Sequence record: PQ400057.1
Length of the DNA: 32,592 bases
From: a phage
Strand: one strand, 5' to 3'
Made by a program: the position numbers and the translations under genes. The stretch's first letter is position 1, and every line of letters begins with the position of its first letter. Positions 1 through 9,961 of this stretch are shown here, piece by piece. The notes below the pieces were generated by a model. It ran no database searches. It was not told the DNA's origin and saw nothing but the letters and a program-made list of their open reading frames with translations.

Positions 1-323
1 AGCAGGTCAATGATGTTCTTAATGAAGATGGAGTTAGCGTCTGCACGTTCCTTAGAGGCTGATACGATGAGTATCTTCAACTGAGGGTCTCTCCATAAGG
101 ACCACACAACGAACGCACATGTGATGAACGACTTACCTATACCACGGAAAGCCTGTAGGATGAACTTCTTGTTGTCCCCATTCGCCAGTACCTTAGCCAT
201 GTCAATCTGACACTTAGTGGGCACCGGAAGGTTTAACGCCTTCCACAATACGAACAGGAAGGCCACGAAGTCTCCTTTCAGTTGCGCCACTACGAGCGCA
301 TTACGATTGGATTGAGTAGACAC
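1..323 (-). CDS. 19: terminase large subunit (DNA maturase B), N-terminal part; continues at window end (31156..32592)
   Basis: Minus-strand translation from 323 reads [17 protein letters not shown]..., matching the T7 gp19 N-terminus. The in-frame start is GTG at 323..321; the overlapping ATG at 325..323 is out of frame. GGAGG lies just upstream. The ORF runs off window position 1. Confidence 0.85.
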   Translation of the reverse strand, partial: MSTQSNRNALVVAQLKGDFVAFLFVLWKALNLPVPTKCQIDMAKVLANGDNKKFILQAFRGIGKSFITCAFVVWSLWRDPQLKILIVSASKERADANSIFIKNIIDL

Positions 324-332
324 ATTACCTCC

Positions 333-776
333 TTACTTGGTTTCCTGCTTACGTTGCAGTTCACGAATAGTATCCTGTAACGCACGAATCCATGCGTCAC
401 CCTTCTGGGTCACTGCGAGAATACGCTTAGCATCTCGGTCGTCAAGTTCGGCTCGACCATCAGGCTCGAATCCACACTGACCATCGGAGGCTCCGGTAGT
501 TTTGACTCTGACGCGCAGCCGCTTATTGTCGCTACGCAAATCAGAAATAATCCTATCAGTGCTCCCTTCCAGCGCGGCAAGGTCTTCTTGATACTTAGCC
601 GATATTTCATTGAGCGCTCTTTGAGTGCTCGCCGTAGCCTCAACTCTCTTAACGTACTCATTGAGTACCTCCTGTTTCCATTTAGCGTCCATTGAGTCTG
701 ACCCTAGATGCCATCCTAATCCGAATAGCATCCCAGCGAGAACCCAAGGGATTAGCTTACGTAAAAATTCCAGCAT
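333..776 (-). CDS. 18.5: i-spanin (Rz-like lysis protein)
   Basis: The internal ATG at 776 gives MLEFLRKLIPWVLAGMLFGLGW..., matching T7 gp18.5, with an N-terminal transmembrane segment. The track ORF 333..989 extends further 5' from an upstream alternative start. Confidence 0.9.
   Translation of the reverse strand: MLEFLRKLIPWVLAGMLFGLGWHLGSDSMDAKWKQEVLNEYVKRVEATASTQRALNEISAKYQEDLAALEGSTDRIISDLRSDNKRLRVRVKTTGASDGQCGFEPDGRAELDDRDAKRILAVTQKGDAWIRALQDTIRELQRKQETK
410..661 (-). CDS. 18.7: o-spanin (Rz1-like lipoprotein), embedded out of frame in 18.5
   Basis: The 83-aa ORF MSTLRELRLRR...ATISGCASESKLPEPP carries a lipobox-like ISGC and a Pro-rich tail, and is nested within the spanin gene as in T7. 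Confidence 0.85.
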   Translation of the reverse strand: MSTLRELRLRRALKERSMKYRLSIKKTLPRWKGALIGLFLICVATISGCASESKLPEPPMVSVDSSLMVEPNLTTEMLSVFSQ

Positions 777-870
777 AATGCCTCCCGTTAACTTGCAGAT
801 TTCACGTGGGATCATCTCGTGTAGACAATGACATCCATAAAGACCACTATAGGTAGTGGCCTTGAGTATA

Positions 871-1140
871 TCACTGTAATGTGTAAATATCGTCATCTGT
901 AAGACCGTTATCACCGACTTTCTCTTTGTACTCTTCAAGAGCACCAGCAAGTCCACCCAAGATGTGAACATCCGGCTGCAACTTACCAATCTGGAACTTG
1001 TGTCGGTCTAACAGTTTATTGATGGCGTTATAGAGTTGTGGAGAACGACGCTCAGGGTCCGAAAGGTCCGCAAGCATACGCTGAGCCATCGCAGTGTCCA
1101 ACATCTCTAAGAACGTAATTAGGCTCTTATCCTTTTCCAT
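871..1140 (-). CDS. 18: terminase small subunit (DNA maturase A)
   Basis: MEKDKSLITFLEMLDTAMAQRML... (89 aa) matches T7 gp18. AAGGAG sits 8 nt upstream of the ATG at 1140. Confidence 0.9.
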   Translation of the reverse strand: MEKDKSLITFLEMLDTAMAQRMLADLSDPERRSPQLYNAINKLLDRHKFQIGKLQPDVHILGGLAGALEEYKEKVGDNGLTDDDIYTLQ

Positions 1141-1145
1141 ATACA

Positions 1146-1349
1146 TCACTCCTTATTGGCTTTCTTCCAGTCAATCATCTTATCGACTACCTTGGCACCA
1201 ATCTGAACCACTGTGTAGGCGATAGCGGCAATATAGAACCACTCATTAAGACTCAGCCCGAAGAAAAGCCTCGCAGCACCATCAGCCACACCTGTTCCAA
1301 CAATAGGTGCAGCCTTGACTAACTCGTTGTTAAAATCCAAAGACAGCAT
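1146..1349 (-). CDS. 17.5: class II holin
   Basis: The 67-aa ORF MLSLDFNNELVKAAPIVGTGVAD...KMIDWKKANKE matches T7 gp17.5, with a hydrophobic core and charged C-terminus. Confidence 0.9.
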   Translation of the reverse strand: MLSLDFNNELVKAAPIVGTGVADGAARLFFGLSLNEWFYIAAIAYTVVQIGAKVVDKMIDWKKANKE

Positions 1350-1402
1350 GTATCCTCCTTATAAGGTCCATCCGTGGACTGAATGGCTTTCCTAGGTTGT
1401 AA

Positions 1403-1927
1403 TTATTCCTCAGGCTTCTCAGGCCAGTCATAGAAAGGCAGTACACTCAGGTCTACTTTGTATACAGCAAGACGGTAAATTCGCCACGCGTTTAGGAGAC
1501 CTTCTAATCCATCCTCCCCAAGTGCCATGAAGTCAGCATACTGCTCAATCTTCTTGGAGGCCATAGAGACTAGACTAGCCTTCTGGTTCTCAAAGTATCG
1601 CGGATACCAAGTTAGCTTCTCACCATCCCACCACCACTGCATCATATTGTAACGAGAGTATTCAGCTGGGATTTCCTCAAGTTCAACAACACCAGCAGAA
1701 CCCTGAACGGCTAACTCCTGAACATCCTGTTCACACTGAATTACCGAACCGTCTTTGGCATAGACAAGTTTCCATGTATCCTCACGGAATGTCTTACGTA
1801 GTTCATACCAGTCATTCCCATTCTCGTCCTTTGAGAAGCCAACTCCGTGGTCCAGAAGGTCTGCATTCTCTTTGGTGCGCTCTGGAATATAGTTTACGAA
1901 GTTCTTATAGTGGCGTAAAGTCTTCAT
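1403..1927 (-). CDS. tail fiber assembly protein (lambda Tfa-like chaperone)
   Basis: The 174-aa ORF starts MKTLRHY at the ATG at 1927, with GGAGG 7 nt upstream, immediately downstream of gp17. Its C-terminus ...LLNAWRIYRLAVYKVDLSVLPFYDWPEKP resembles the conserved Tfa C-terminal motif (lambda ...[25 protein letters not shown]). There is no counterpart in T7. Confidence 0.65.
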   Translation of the reverse strand: MKTLRHYKNFVNYIPERTKENADLLDHGVGFSKDENGNDWYELRKTFREDTWKLVYAKDGSVIQCEQDVQELAVQGSAGVVELEEIPAEYSRYNMMQWWWDGEKLTWYPRYFENQKASLVSMASKKIEQYADFMALGEDGLEGLLNAWRIYRLAVYKVDLSVLPFYDWPEKPEE

Positions 1928-1943
1928 GTTGTACCCTCCCCCT

Positions 1944-3620
1944 TTAGTAAATATTAAAGCGTTGACCATCGTTGCGTACATACTGCATAACACGCCACTG
2001 GCAACCATCTACCGCACCATCAGCGTTACCGTTTGTGATTCCTGTGATCACCTTACCGCCACCATCTTCTATGCCGTAAGCATTCCACAGTTGCGACCAG
2101 TTAACTCCACCCATCGCAATGTGGTTAACGGTATTTGCAACAAGCCAGCCAGCTAGATGACCATGACCACCCCATACAGAGCCTGCAATGTTTCCGTCAG
2201 TGGACATTGCGGCACCACCTGCCTTAATCGTAGTTGGGAATTGAACCTCGCCATTTGGGTTTAGCCAAATGTCATAAGATGTCGCTTGAGATGCTTCCGG
2301 TTTCCACCGGATTAGGCCGTTGCCGTTCGTAGAACCACCTCGAACCCATCCAATTTCTAACCCTGCATCGTAGAAACTCCAACGAGTGTTACAGACCCAT
2401 CCACCTTGGGTCAAATCACCCGGACCATATGCCACCGTCTTAACGGCAGTATTGGCCTGATTAGTAACACCTAGCGGTTTGTTGAATCCTTCTACCTGCA
2501 AACCATTGTAGCAATGCATGAAGTCCCCGAAGTGCATCTCCCACGTAGCCGAATCATTAGCTTTACTTTGAACCTGAAATGGAACATGCCAGTCCCCTCT
2601 ATGTGGGTGCTTAATGGCCCAAAACGTATTTGATACATATTGTCCCTCAGCAGGGTTATACTCATGTACCATCTGCCCCATAGAGCCAGCTTCGGCAGTT
2701 GCCCTCAGGGTTGAAGCACGATTAGCAATAAGTTCACCGTTAAACTTAGCAGTAGCCGCCCACGAAACAACGTGGTCTTGGCTTACTTCCTCAATGGCAC
2801 CTGCAAGTGCATTCCAGTTACCAAGTTTGTCTGCCTCCAACTTAGCGCGGTCTGCTTGCTGTTCTGCCGAATGGGCAGAGTTAGCGGATGCCGTGGCATA
2901 GTTCTCAGCGTTTACCTCAGATTGATGCGCAGCAGTAGCAGAGTTACCAGCAGATGTAGCGTATTGACCAGCCGTATTCTTGAACTGCTCGGCTTCGTCT
3001 CTGAAACCCTTGGTCTCATCACGCCACTGCTTCGTATTCGTAGCGTTAGTGCTGGACTCGTTCTTAAAGCCCTCCGCTTGATTTCTGAAAGTCTCAGCCT
3101 CATTGCGGAACTGTAGGGCCTCATTACGCGCCTGCCATGAGTTCTGGTTCATGGTCTTAAGTTGACCAAACGGAACAGCGTCACGGTCATCCACGGCGTT
3201 CGCTAGGTTCACAATTCGACGACCACGGGCATCCAAGTGACCATCATTATTGACACCGATAGTATCCGCAGTGAGGTCACGGGCCTCTTCTGCTACGTGC
3301 ATCGTTTGAATCTGAGCGACGTTAAGGTCATATGCACGGAGGATTGAACCATCCGTAAAGTCAACCAATCGGTCTGTCGTGGAGGTTACTCGACGTAACT
3401 CAATGGTCGTGTAGCCATCAGCTGTACCCCAAGCCTTGGTCAGTGAGATGGTAGTGCGAGTAGCAAAGCGGTAGTCTGTATTAATAGTAAGGACCTTTCG
3501 GTCTACGCCAATAAGGGTTACTACTACGAACTTACGGGCTAGATACTCAAACGGGATATTAAAATCACGAGTGGAGCCGTCTAACTGGTAAGTCAAAACG
3601 GTTTTAATTACGTTAGCCAT
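1944..3620 (-). CDS. 17: tail fiber protein; T7-like N-terminal and shaft regions, divergent C-terminal receptor-binding region
   Basis: The 558-aa ORF begins MANVIKTVLTYQLDGS...; roughly the first 260 residues closely match T7 gp17. The distal half (..WEMHFGDFMHCYNG..WGGHGHLAGW..) does not match the T7 tip as I recall it. Confidence 0.9.
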   Translation of the reverse strand: MANVIKTVLTYQLDGSTRDFNIPFEYLARKFVVVTLIGVDRKVLTINTDYRFATRTTISLTKAWGTADGYTTIELRRVTSTTDRLVDFTDGSILRAYDLNVAQIQTMHVAEEARDLTADTIGVNNDGHLDARGRRIVNLANAVDDRDAVPFGQLKTMNQNSWQARNEALQFRNEAETFRNQAEGFKNESSTNATNTKQWRDETKGFRDEAEQFKNTAGQYATSAGNSATAAHQSEVNAENYATASANSAHSAEQQADRAKLEADKLGNWNALAGAIEEVSQDHVVSWAATAKFNGELIANRASTLRATAEAGSMGQMVHEYNPAEGQYVSNTFWAIKHPHRGDWHVPFQVQSKANDSATWEMHFGDFMHCYNGLQVEGFNKPLGVTNQANTAVKTVAYGPGDLTQGGWVCNTRWSFYDAGLEIGWVRGGSTNGNGLIRWKPEASQATSYDIWLNPNGEVQFPTTIKAGGAAMSTDGNIAGSVWGGHGHLAGWLVANTVNHIAMGGVNWSQLWNAYGIEDGGGKVITGITNGNADGAVDGCQWRVMQYVRNDGQRFNIY

Positions 3621-3672
3621 TTGACCTCCTTAAAGTAAATCTAATAGACTACAGGGAGAAGATTCTTTCGTC

Positions 3673-3695
3673 TCTCCCTATAGTGAGTCGTATTA
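3673..3695 (-). promoter_or_regulatory. phage RNAP promoter phi17 (class III consensus)
   Basis: The reverse complement is TAATACGACTCACTATAGGGAGA exactly, upstream of gene 17 and overlapping the gene 16 stop. Confidence 0.85.
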
Positions 3696-6600
3696 TTTCC
3701 TAGGTGTCTCCTTGATGTGGATACCGTTGGCCTCATAAATTTTCATAATTAGTTGCTGCGTGATAGGGTCGTTCGGAACAATCTCACGCATGGTATTAAA
3801 CATCCCTGTACGAAACTCCATCTCGGTAGCCTTGTTAGGCGCTTTCAGTAGCGATACAGCATTAAGTGCCGTACCACCGACCTGCCCTGCGAACCCCAAA
3901 GCAGGAATCTGATCACCTAGAGCACCACTAATCATACCAGTCACTTGACGACCTGTTACCGCTTTTGTGCGATCGCGTTCTTCTGGTTGCTTCGGTAGTA
4001 CCGTGGAGCGTGTGTACTTATAGGTATCATCACCAAACACACCAGCGATCATATCGTAGATGCTAAGTGGCGAACCTAAGTGTGAGCTACGGGAGATAGA
4101 CGCATGAGCAATCATCTTCGGGTCTAGTGCCATCTTAAGGTACTCCTTACGTTTGTCCTCAGGTAAGGCAGCGGCCTTTAGGTGCGCCTGTCCAACGAAG
4201 TAGCCACCAGCAAGCCCACAGGAAACAATGTGAGTTAACGCTTGGTCTAACGCACGGTTGTTCTTTGTGGCCTCATAGAAGCTACGGACAAATCGAGCAT
4301 TAAGCGACTTGATAACGAAGTTCTTAAATTGCATCACCATCTTTACGCCAGCACCATACGCAACGGAATCTTGAGAGGAAATCTTATGTGGTCGCATGAT
4401 TGTCTCTCCAGCCACTTTGTCAGCAAGCCTCCACAAATCCATTGTGCGTGGGTCGTAGGTGAACGCCCTTTTGTCCTTGATTGTGAACTTACCGTTAGCA
4501 TCACGAGTGGTGTGGTCCCGAAATAATTGCTTGATACCATTCCACTGCTCAGGACTGATTGAGGCAGACTTAAGATAATTTGCCTTACCAAACTTGGCAC
4601 CAGTCCCTGATAGCACAGCACTTGCAATATCCCCTAGCACACCCTGACGGGCTGCGTCGATAATGTAGTTTGTTGTTCCATTAAGCATTACCGTCCATGG
4701 GGAGCGGGCTGCTAACTCCTGCGTCCCGAAACGAAGAGTACCAACCACATTAGCCAACACAGCGTTGGTGTCTGTAGACTCCCTAAGTCTGCGAATGTGA
4801 TCTTCACGACTCGGACGGATTAGCTGGTCTAGTTCCTTCCCGAATACCATACTGTGGAGTTCTTTAATCTCAGAGGCTCGCATTGGTTTCCTACGGTTAA
4901 CCCAGTCGTTAATCATAGGGATTCCATGAGTCACCGCAGAGACATTACCTTTGATCAACATAGCACCTATCTCCGTGAAGTTCTGGAGAGGCATATAGAA
5001 GTTCTTAGCGAAGAACGTCAGGTCATTCAGAGAGCGTAAAGCTGTCCCTAAAGCACCTTCTGGGCTACGACGGGCGCGACCAGTTAGAATCTTCACTGTA
5101 TCCTTAAGAGCTTCTACTTCGCCCTTCAACTTCCCGTTGCCTTCGGCCTGCTTACTCAGTGCCATAATTTCATCCTTGAGTTCCTTGGTAGTTTTACCAG
5201 AGCTACCCATGATAGCAATATCGCCATTTACACGACGGTCATATGCTGGCATAAGGATGCGCTGGCTGAACACTCGAATGTCATCTACTGAGAACATAGA
5301 GCCATCTGGTAACGTGATTGGTACATCGGTGTCAAAGAGGTTACGTGCTTCCAGAAAGTTATTGTTCTCGATACCAACAAGCCCCGTGATATTCTCATCA
5401 ACAATAGAAGACGCCGAGAACTGGTCTGTATGGGAGATACCATATGCCTTGTCCATAGCATACTTCCGGACCATTTCGTGTGTTACGTCTTTAGTTGACT
5501 TAAGCCCGTTGACTTCCATCAGGTGCTCGTCGATACGTGCCTTAACTGGTGGACGCAGATAGTATGACGCAAGGGAGCTTTCAGCGATAGCCCTCTGGAA
5601 AGCCTCTCGACTCCCCAAACGTTGAATATGAAAATTCTTCAATTGGGTGTCATACACTCGCGGAATGTATGTACCTTTGTTGCGACTGTCGGGGAAGATA
5701 CTAACCGCCTTTGAATTACCAAACACAGCAGGGTTTTCCATAAGTTCACGCTTGAGGTCATAGTGACCTTTAACGTGGCGCATCAGGTCTAGCTCTTTGG
5801 GAGACAAGTTGACCTGCATTTCAGGATGTTCGATAGCAAGAGCAATTTTACGGTCGATGAACTCAACGGCCTCTGCTTTGCTCATCTTAGGCGCACCTAC
5901 TGTGAACTCAGGGTCTTTCATGACTTCCTTCATCTTATCATAGTATAGGTTCCAATCGCGGTTATCGTTGGATGATAGCCTACTATGGATATCATCAGCG
6001 GTCGAGCCGAACTTACCGTTAGACCCTGATTCCATACCAGTTGGAGAGCGCACTAGGTCACGCGCAATGGAGCGAACTCCCGTGTTCTCAGAGCGTAGTG
6101 TCTTAAGGCCAATCTCAGTGAACCCACCTAAGGAGATACCTCTGGCTGAACGCTCAGGATTTATCGCCTCAAACTCACTTAGTGTCTGTGGGTTCAGTGG
6201 GTTAGTGTCACTGAGGATTTGACCTTGAGGGAGGACGACTGCACCTGGCTCGGTGTCCAATGGTGCGTAGTTAACCCCACTGTACTCTCGGTCGAATTTG
6301 GTACTGTCTGTGTTCATCTTAGACATGTCCACAGAGTTGGCGTTAAAGGCAGTCTCACGGGCTTCCATACGCATCAACGGTCCGACGAACTCGTTGTTAA
6401 ACTCAGCCTCAGGTTTGCTACGCCTCAATCCAGCGGCTATAGTGTCACTGATTGCAGACATTCCTGCCCCAAACACAAGGCCACCTAGTACCGCACCAGT
6501 ATAATTAGCGTCTCCACCAACTATAGACGTTCGCAACCCTTCTGAGGCCATGTTAATAGCTGCACTCTCAGCACCGACAACAAGAGCCTTATTGATTAAC

Positions 6601-7667
6601 TTAAATCCCTTACCTGTTACACCAACCAACGGAACATACGATAGAGGGTCGAATGCCGCACCAATAACGCCAGCGGAAAGCTGTGCCCCGATACCTGCAT
6701 CAGCTTTCTTTAGGTCATTCTCGTAGTTACGCTTAGCTAGATTGATAAGGTCATCCCAGTTCTCACCGTCACCACCAGTAACCACAGAGTAATAACTAGG
6801 AGGCAACCCACTGTTACGTAGTTTGTCCAAGTCTTCCTTGGTAGGCTGGTAGGAGTTCCAACGCGTAGGCGTGATAACATCCTTAAACACATCAAAACCA
6901 TTATCGAGGCGACCAGCACGGAAGGCCATGCCGAGGACTGAGTTGTCAATTTCTGCACTTGCAGCGTCTTTGAATCCGAAGAATATTGAGCGGTCGTCAT
7001 ACTCAGATAGTTCCTGTTTATGGTGGTCCCAAAAGTCAGTAGCGAATGATTTCGCTGGGGCCTCCTGCTCGATACCTTTAATGTCCAATCCAGTTGACTC
7101 AGGGATAGCATCCGTTACTTTGCGCTTCCCTTCTACCTGAATGTCTCCTAAACCAACATCAGAAGGGATACCTTTACCCTTTGGGGTGATTCCACCGAAC
7201 GCTTCCAACTGACCACTCATTGGCGACCTAGCTACATCCATGAGGTTACGTATGTAGTTACGACCCTCCTCGGAGATAGCTGAGAAGTCGCCCTTTGTGT
7301 ATGCTTCAAGTTGTGGACTCCCTAAGCGTCCCTCACCTTGATTGTACGCAAGGGCAGCTTTGAGTTCATCCCCATCGAATTTACTCACCAGTCCAGCAAG
7401 GTGCTTGGCAGCAGCATCAATAGCCAACTCAGGGTTCAGTCGGTCGTCGTCTGGACCATCGGTGACTCGCAACCCCATAGCCTTAGCTGTAGCCTTGGTG
7501 AATTGCATCATGCCTAACGGTCCAGTCTTAGATTTAGCTGTTGGTTGAAACCGTGATTCTGTCCAAGCGACTTTACGTAAAAGGTCATAAGAGACCCCTG
7601 TGGCATCAGCCGCCTTCTGGAACAGACCATCATACTCACTTGGTACGTTCTTATCGTACTTATCCAT
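3693..7667 (-). CDS. 16: internal virion protein D with N-terminal lytic transglycosylase domain (ejection/core protein)
   Basis: The 1324-aa ORF begins MDKYDKNVPSEYDGLFQKAADATGVSYDLLRKVAWTESRF... (an SLT-like motif with catalytic E); overall gp16 architecture. Confidence 0.95.
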   Translation of the reverse strand: MDKYDKNVPSEYDGLFQKAADATGVSYDLLRKVAWTESRFQPTAKSKTGPLGMMQFTKATAKAMGLRVTDGPDDDRLNPELAIDAAAKHLAGLVSKFDGDELKAALAYNQGEGRLGSPQLEAYTKGDFSAISEEGRNYIRNLMDVARSPMSGQLEAFGGITPKGKGIPSDVGLGDIQVEGKRKVTDAIPESTGLDIKGIEQEAPAKSFATDFWDHHKQELSEYDDRSIFFGFKDAASAEIDNSVLGMAFRAGRLDNGFDVFKDVITPTRWNSYQPTKEDLDKLRNSGLPPSYYSVVTGGDGENWDDLINLAKRNYENDLKKADAGIGAQLSAGVIGAAFDPLSYVPLVGVTGKGFKLINKALVVGAESAAINMASEGLRTSIVGGDANYTGAVLGGLVFGAGMSAISDTIAAGLRRSKPEAEFNNEFVGPLMRMEARETAFNANSVDMSKMNTDSTKFDREYSGVNYAPLDTEPGAVVLPQGQILSDTNPLNPQTLSEFEAINPERSARGISLGGFTEIGLKTLRSENTGVRSIARDLVRSPTGMESGSNGKFGSTADDIHSRLSSNDNRDWNLYYDKMKEVMKDPEFTVGAPKMSKAEAVEFIDRKIALAIEHPEMQVNLSPKELDLMRHVKGHYDLKRELMENPAVFGNSKAVSIFPDSRNKGTYIPRVYDTQLKNFHIQRLGSREAFQRAIAESSLASYYLRPPVKARIDEHLMEVNGLKSTKDVTHEMVRKYAMDKAYGISHTDQFSASSIVDENITGLVGIENNNFLEARNLFDTDVPITLPDGSMFSVDDIRVFSQRILMPAYDRRVNGDIAIMGSSGKTTKELKDEIMALSKQAEGNGKLKGEVEALKDTVKILTGRARRSPEGALGTALRSLNDLTFFAKNFYMPLQNFTEIGAMLIKGNVSAVTHGIPMINDWVNRRKPMRASEIKELHSMVFGKELDQLIRPSREDHIRRLRESTDTNAVLANVVGTLRFGTQELAARSPWTVMLNGTTNYIIDAARQGVLGDIASAVLSGTGAKFGKANYLKSASISPEQWNGIKQLFRDHTTRDANGKFTIKDKRAFTYDPRTMDLWRLADKVAGETIMRPHKISSQDSVAYGAGVKMVMQFKNFVIKSLNARFVRSFYEATKNNRALDQALTHIVSCGLAGGYFVGQAHLKAAALPEDKRKEYLKMALDPKMIAHASISRSSHLGSPLSIYDMIAGVFGDDTYKYTRSTVLPKQPEERDRTKAVTGRQVTGMISGALGDQIPALGFAGQVGGTALNAVSLLKAPNKATEMEFRTGMFNTMREIVPNDPITQQLIMKIYEANGIHIKETPRK

Positions 7668-7693
7668 TTAGGGCCTCCTTATGTAGCCTTTAG

Positions 7694-9955
7694 TTACTCC
7701 TTACGCCCATAGATGAACTTCGGAGTCTGTTTACGTTTCTCTCGGACTCGTTTAGCAGCAGCTTCACGAGCTTTCTTAGCGGCAACTATAGGTGCTCGCT
7801 TGGTGGCATCATTAATAGCCTCATCACGGGCCTTCTCAACGGCTTCCGTTGCGAGACGCTCTTGTGTTTCCTTCCAGACCTTGGACAACATCTCCTTGTC
7901 GTAACGAACCCGTGGGCCAGTCCCTGTAGTTGGCATGATGTAGATAGACTTCCCGATTACCGAGACGGTCATCTTATCAGAGGCCATACTTGGGTTAGCC
8001 GCTATGATTCCTTTAAGAGCAGCGTCAATAATATCCTTACCTTGCTTCCAAGATTTAGGGTCATCGTTTACCTGTAGATAGTTCCTCGGAATTACCCCAA
8101 TGACTCCCTCACTGTCTGAGCTATCGTCATTAAAGGTCGTAGTGGACTCCTTGAGGAACTTCTGCATCTCAGTCATAGCCATATCGACATTATTGGTACG
8201 ATACTTAACCGAGTCATAAATCTTACGAGCAAGTCCCCTTAGTTCTGTCGGCATATTAGCTATCTCCGGAACTTTAGAGTCATTAAGTGCTTGCTCAAAG
8301 GCTCTATCATCTTCGAATCGTTGCTCCTTGGAACGTGTGGCCATCTGACGGTCAGCATCAATCAACTCCTGCACATCAACACCCTGTCTGTCAGCTAAGT
8401 CCATGGTCAAGAATAGCTCAGCTTGCTCAGGGTACAGTGACGCTATTAGGTATGGGTCTGCGTTGCGGATTCTGCGTAAGGCATCCATCGCTGGAGTCTT
8501 ATCTGCTAACTTACCATTCATCACAGAAGAAGACCACTCCTGAGCCGCATCCTGAACCATCGTTCCTATTGCAGTCCTGAAAGGCCCGTCCTTAGAGTCT
8601 GATTGCAGGTACTGTAGTTTGAGTCTATCTTTGGCTCCATCTGGGATGTCCATAGCGTCTATGTCAGCCAGCTTCTTGTTAGCGTAGTTTACAATGTCGC
8701 TATGCTTGAACTCCCCAGTGTTATCGTTTGTAGGCATATCCTTAAAGTCCGTAGAGACCCACTCTCCATTGATTCGCTTCTGATACTGAGCGTCAATAAC
8801 CCTAAACTTATTATCGGCCTTCTGAGCCTTATCGAGTGCTTTGGCCTCGTTCTTGGCCCACTCCACCATCTTGGCTCGGAGTTGCTTCTGTGCCTCTATA
8901 AGCGTGGCGCGTTGAGGGGTCATCTGCTCTCCGGGCTGGTGTTTATCTAACTCAGCCTTTATTCCTTGGAGCTTCTCCCAACCAACACGAGGGTCGTCTA
9001 CGAACAACGCAGAGTTGACATCAAGTTGAAACTTCTCATTCAGTTTCGCATCGTTGTCATATTGTGCTCTCTGGGCGGTCACCATAAGAGCGTTCCACTG
9101 CTCTTCACCCATAAGTTCCTTATAGGTCGTAGTGGCTCCGTTGAGTGTTACCTTCTTATCACCAACTCGCATCAGGAAGTCAGCACCACCAGCACGGCTA
9201 GAAGCATCACTGAATGCTTGGCTTATAAGCTGGGTAGCTTGGGCATCGGAAGGGATGGCACCAGTCACTAGACCATTGGAGATATAATTCTCAAAGAAGT
9301 CAGCAGAGTCTGGGCGACGAAGCATATCAGGGTCTTGAAGGACACCGTTGAGTTCCACTCGGCTGTTAATCACTGCGCCCTTCTGAGCCTGTTGACTCAA
9401 GAAGCTATCGTGTGCCCCATACAGTGAGATGTTACGCTCAGTGATGTCCCCATTGAAACCACGCTGATAATCAACATCCTCAGGGTCAATCCCGAACTGC
9501 TCAGCGTATGCCTTAGCGCCCTCTTGAAGACGACTATGGCGATACTGTTCCATCTCTTCACGAGTACGGAAGACACCCTCTTTGACCTTCTGCATAACGT
9601 CATCGTCCACAAGGTACGCAGCGTTACGCCCAGTCTTGACTCGGAGTGCTTCCATAGCGTATGGGTCATCCTGATACAGAAGGGTCCCGTTGTTGAGAGC
9701 TTCTCGGCGTTGCTCAGGGGTCAACTTACGAATAATCTCGTTAGAGCGTTCGTCAGCTAGGTCACGTGCTCGTTGTTCCTTAGCGGTATACATATCGGCA
9801 CCAGCCTTAGCGAACCGACCAATGGCGTCCAATAGGCTTGACCTTGGCTGTTCGGCCTGAGTGGTTGCTGCACGATAGCCCATACCACCAGCGCCACCAC
9901 GTAGCCGAGAGAGTCCCGGTTGTGCCGCTTGAAGGGCAGATTCAATTTTACTCAT
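7694..9955 (-). CDS. 15: internal virion protein C (core/ejection protein)
   Basis: The 753-aa ORF has the size and position of gp15 between genes 14 and 16; the sequence is gp15-like. Confidence 0.9.
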   Translation of the reverse strand: MSKIESALQAAQPGLSRLRGGAGGMGYRAATTQAEQPRSSLLDAIGRFAKAGADMYTAKEQRARDLADERSNEIIRKLTPEQRREALNNGTLLYQDDPYAMEALRVKTGRNAAYLVDDDVMQKVKEGVFRTREEMEQYRHSRLQEGAKAYAEQFGIDPEDVDYQRGFNGDITERNISLYGAHDSFLSQQAQKGAVINSRVELNGVLQDPDMLRRPDSADFFENYISNGLVTGAIPSDAQATQLISQAFSDASSRAGGADFLMRVGDKKVTLNGATTTYKELMGEEQWNALMVTAQRAQYDNDAKLNEKFQLDVNSALFVDDPRVGWEKLQGIKAELDKHQPGEQMTPQRATLIEAQKQLRAKMVEWAKNEAKALDKAQKADNKFRVIDAQYQKRINGEWVSTDFKDMPTNDNTGEFKHSDIVNYANKKLADIDAMDIPDGAKDRLKLQYLQSDSKDGPFRTAIGTMVQDAAQEWSSSVMNGKLADKTPAMDALRRIRNADPYLIASLYPEQAELFLTMDLADRQGVDVQELIDADRQMATRSKEQRFEDDRAFEQALNDSKVPEIANMPTELRGLARKIYDSVKYRTNNVDMAMTEMQKFLKESTTTFNDDSSDSEGVIGVIPRNYLQVNDDPKSWKQGKDIIDAALKGIIAANPSMASDKMTVSVIGKSIYIMPTTGTGPRVRYDKEMLSKVWKETQERLATEAVEKARDEAINDATKRAPIVAAKKAREAAAKRVREKRKQTPKFIYGRKE

Positions 9956-9961
9956 AGTTCA

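Noticed and set aside
323-325. ATG at 325..323 as the gene 19 start.
   Set aside because: It is out of frame with the conserved [15 protein letters not shown] reading frame. The in-frame initiator is the overlapping GTG at 323..321.
777-870. Possible RNase III processing hairpins in intergenic regions (for example between genes 18 and 18.5, and near 19380..19445 by 6.3/6.5).
   Set aside because: Only short imperfect inverted repeats are visible by eye. I cannot support them without folding or alignment to the T7 R-sites.
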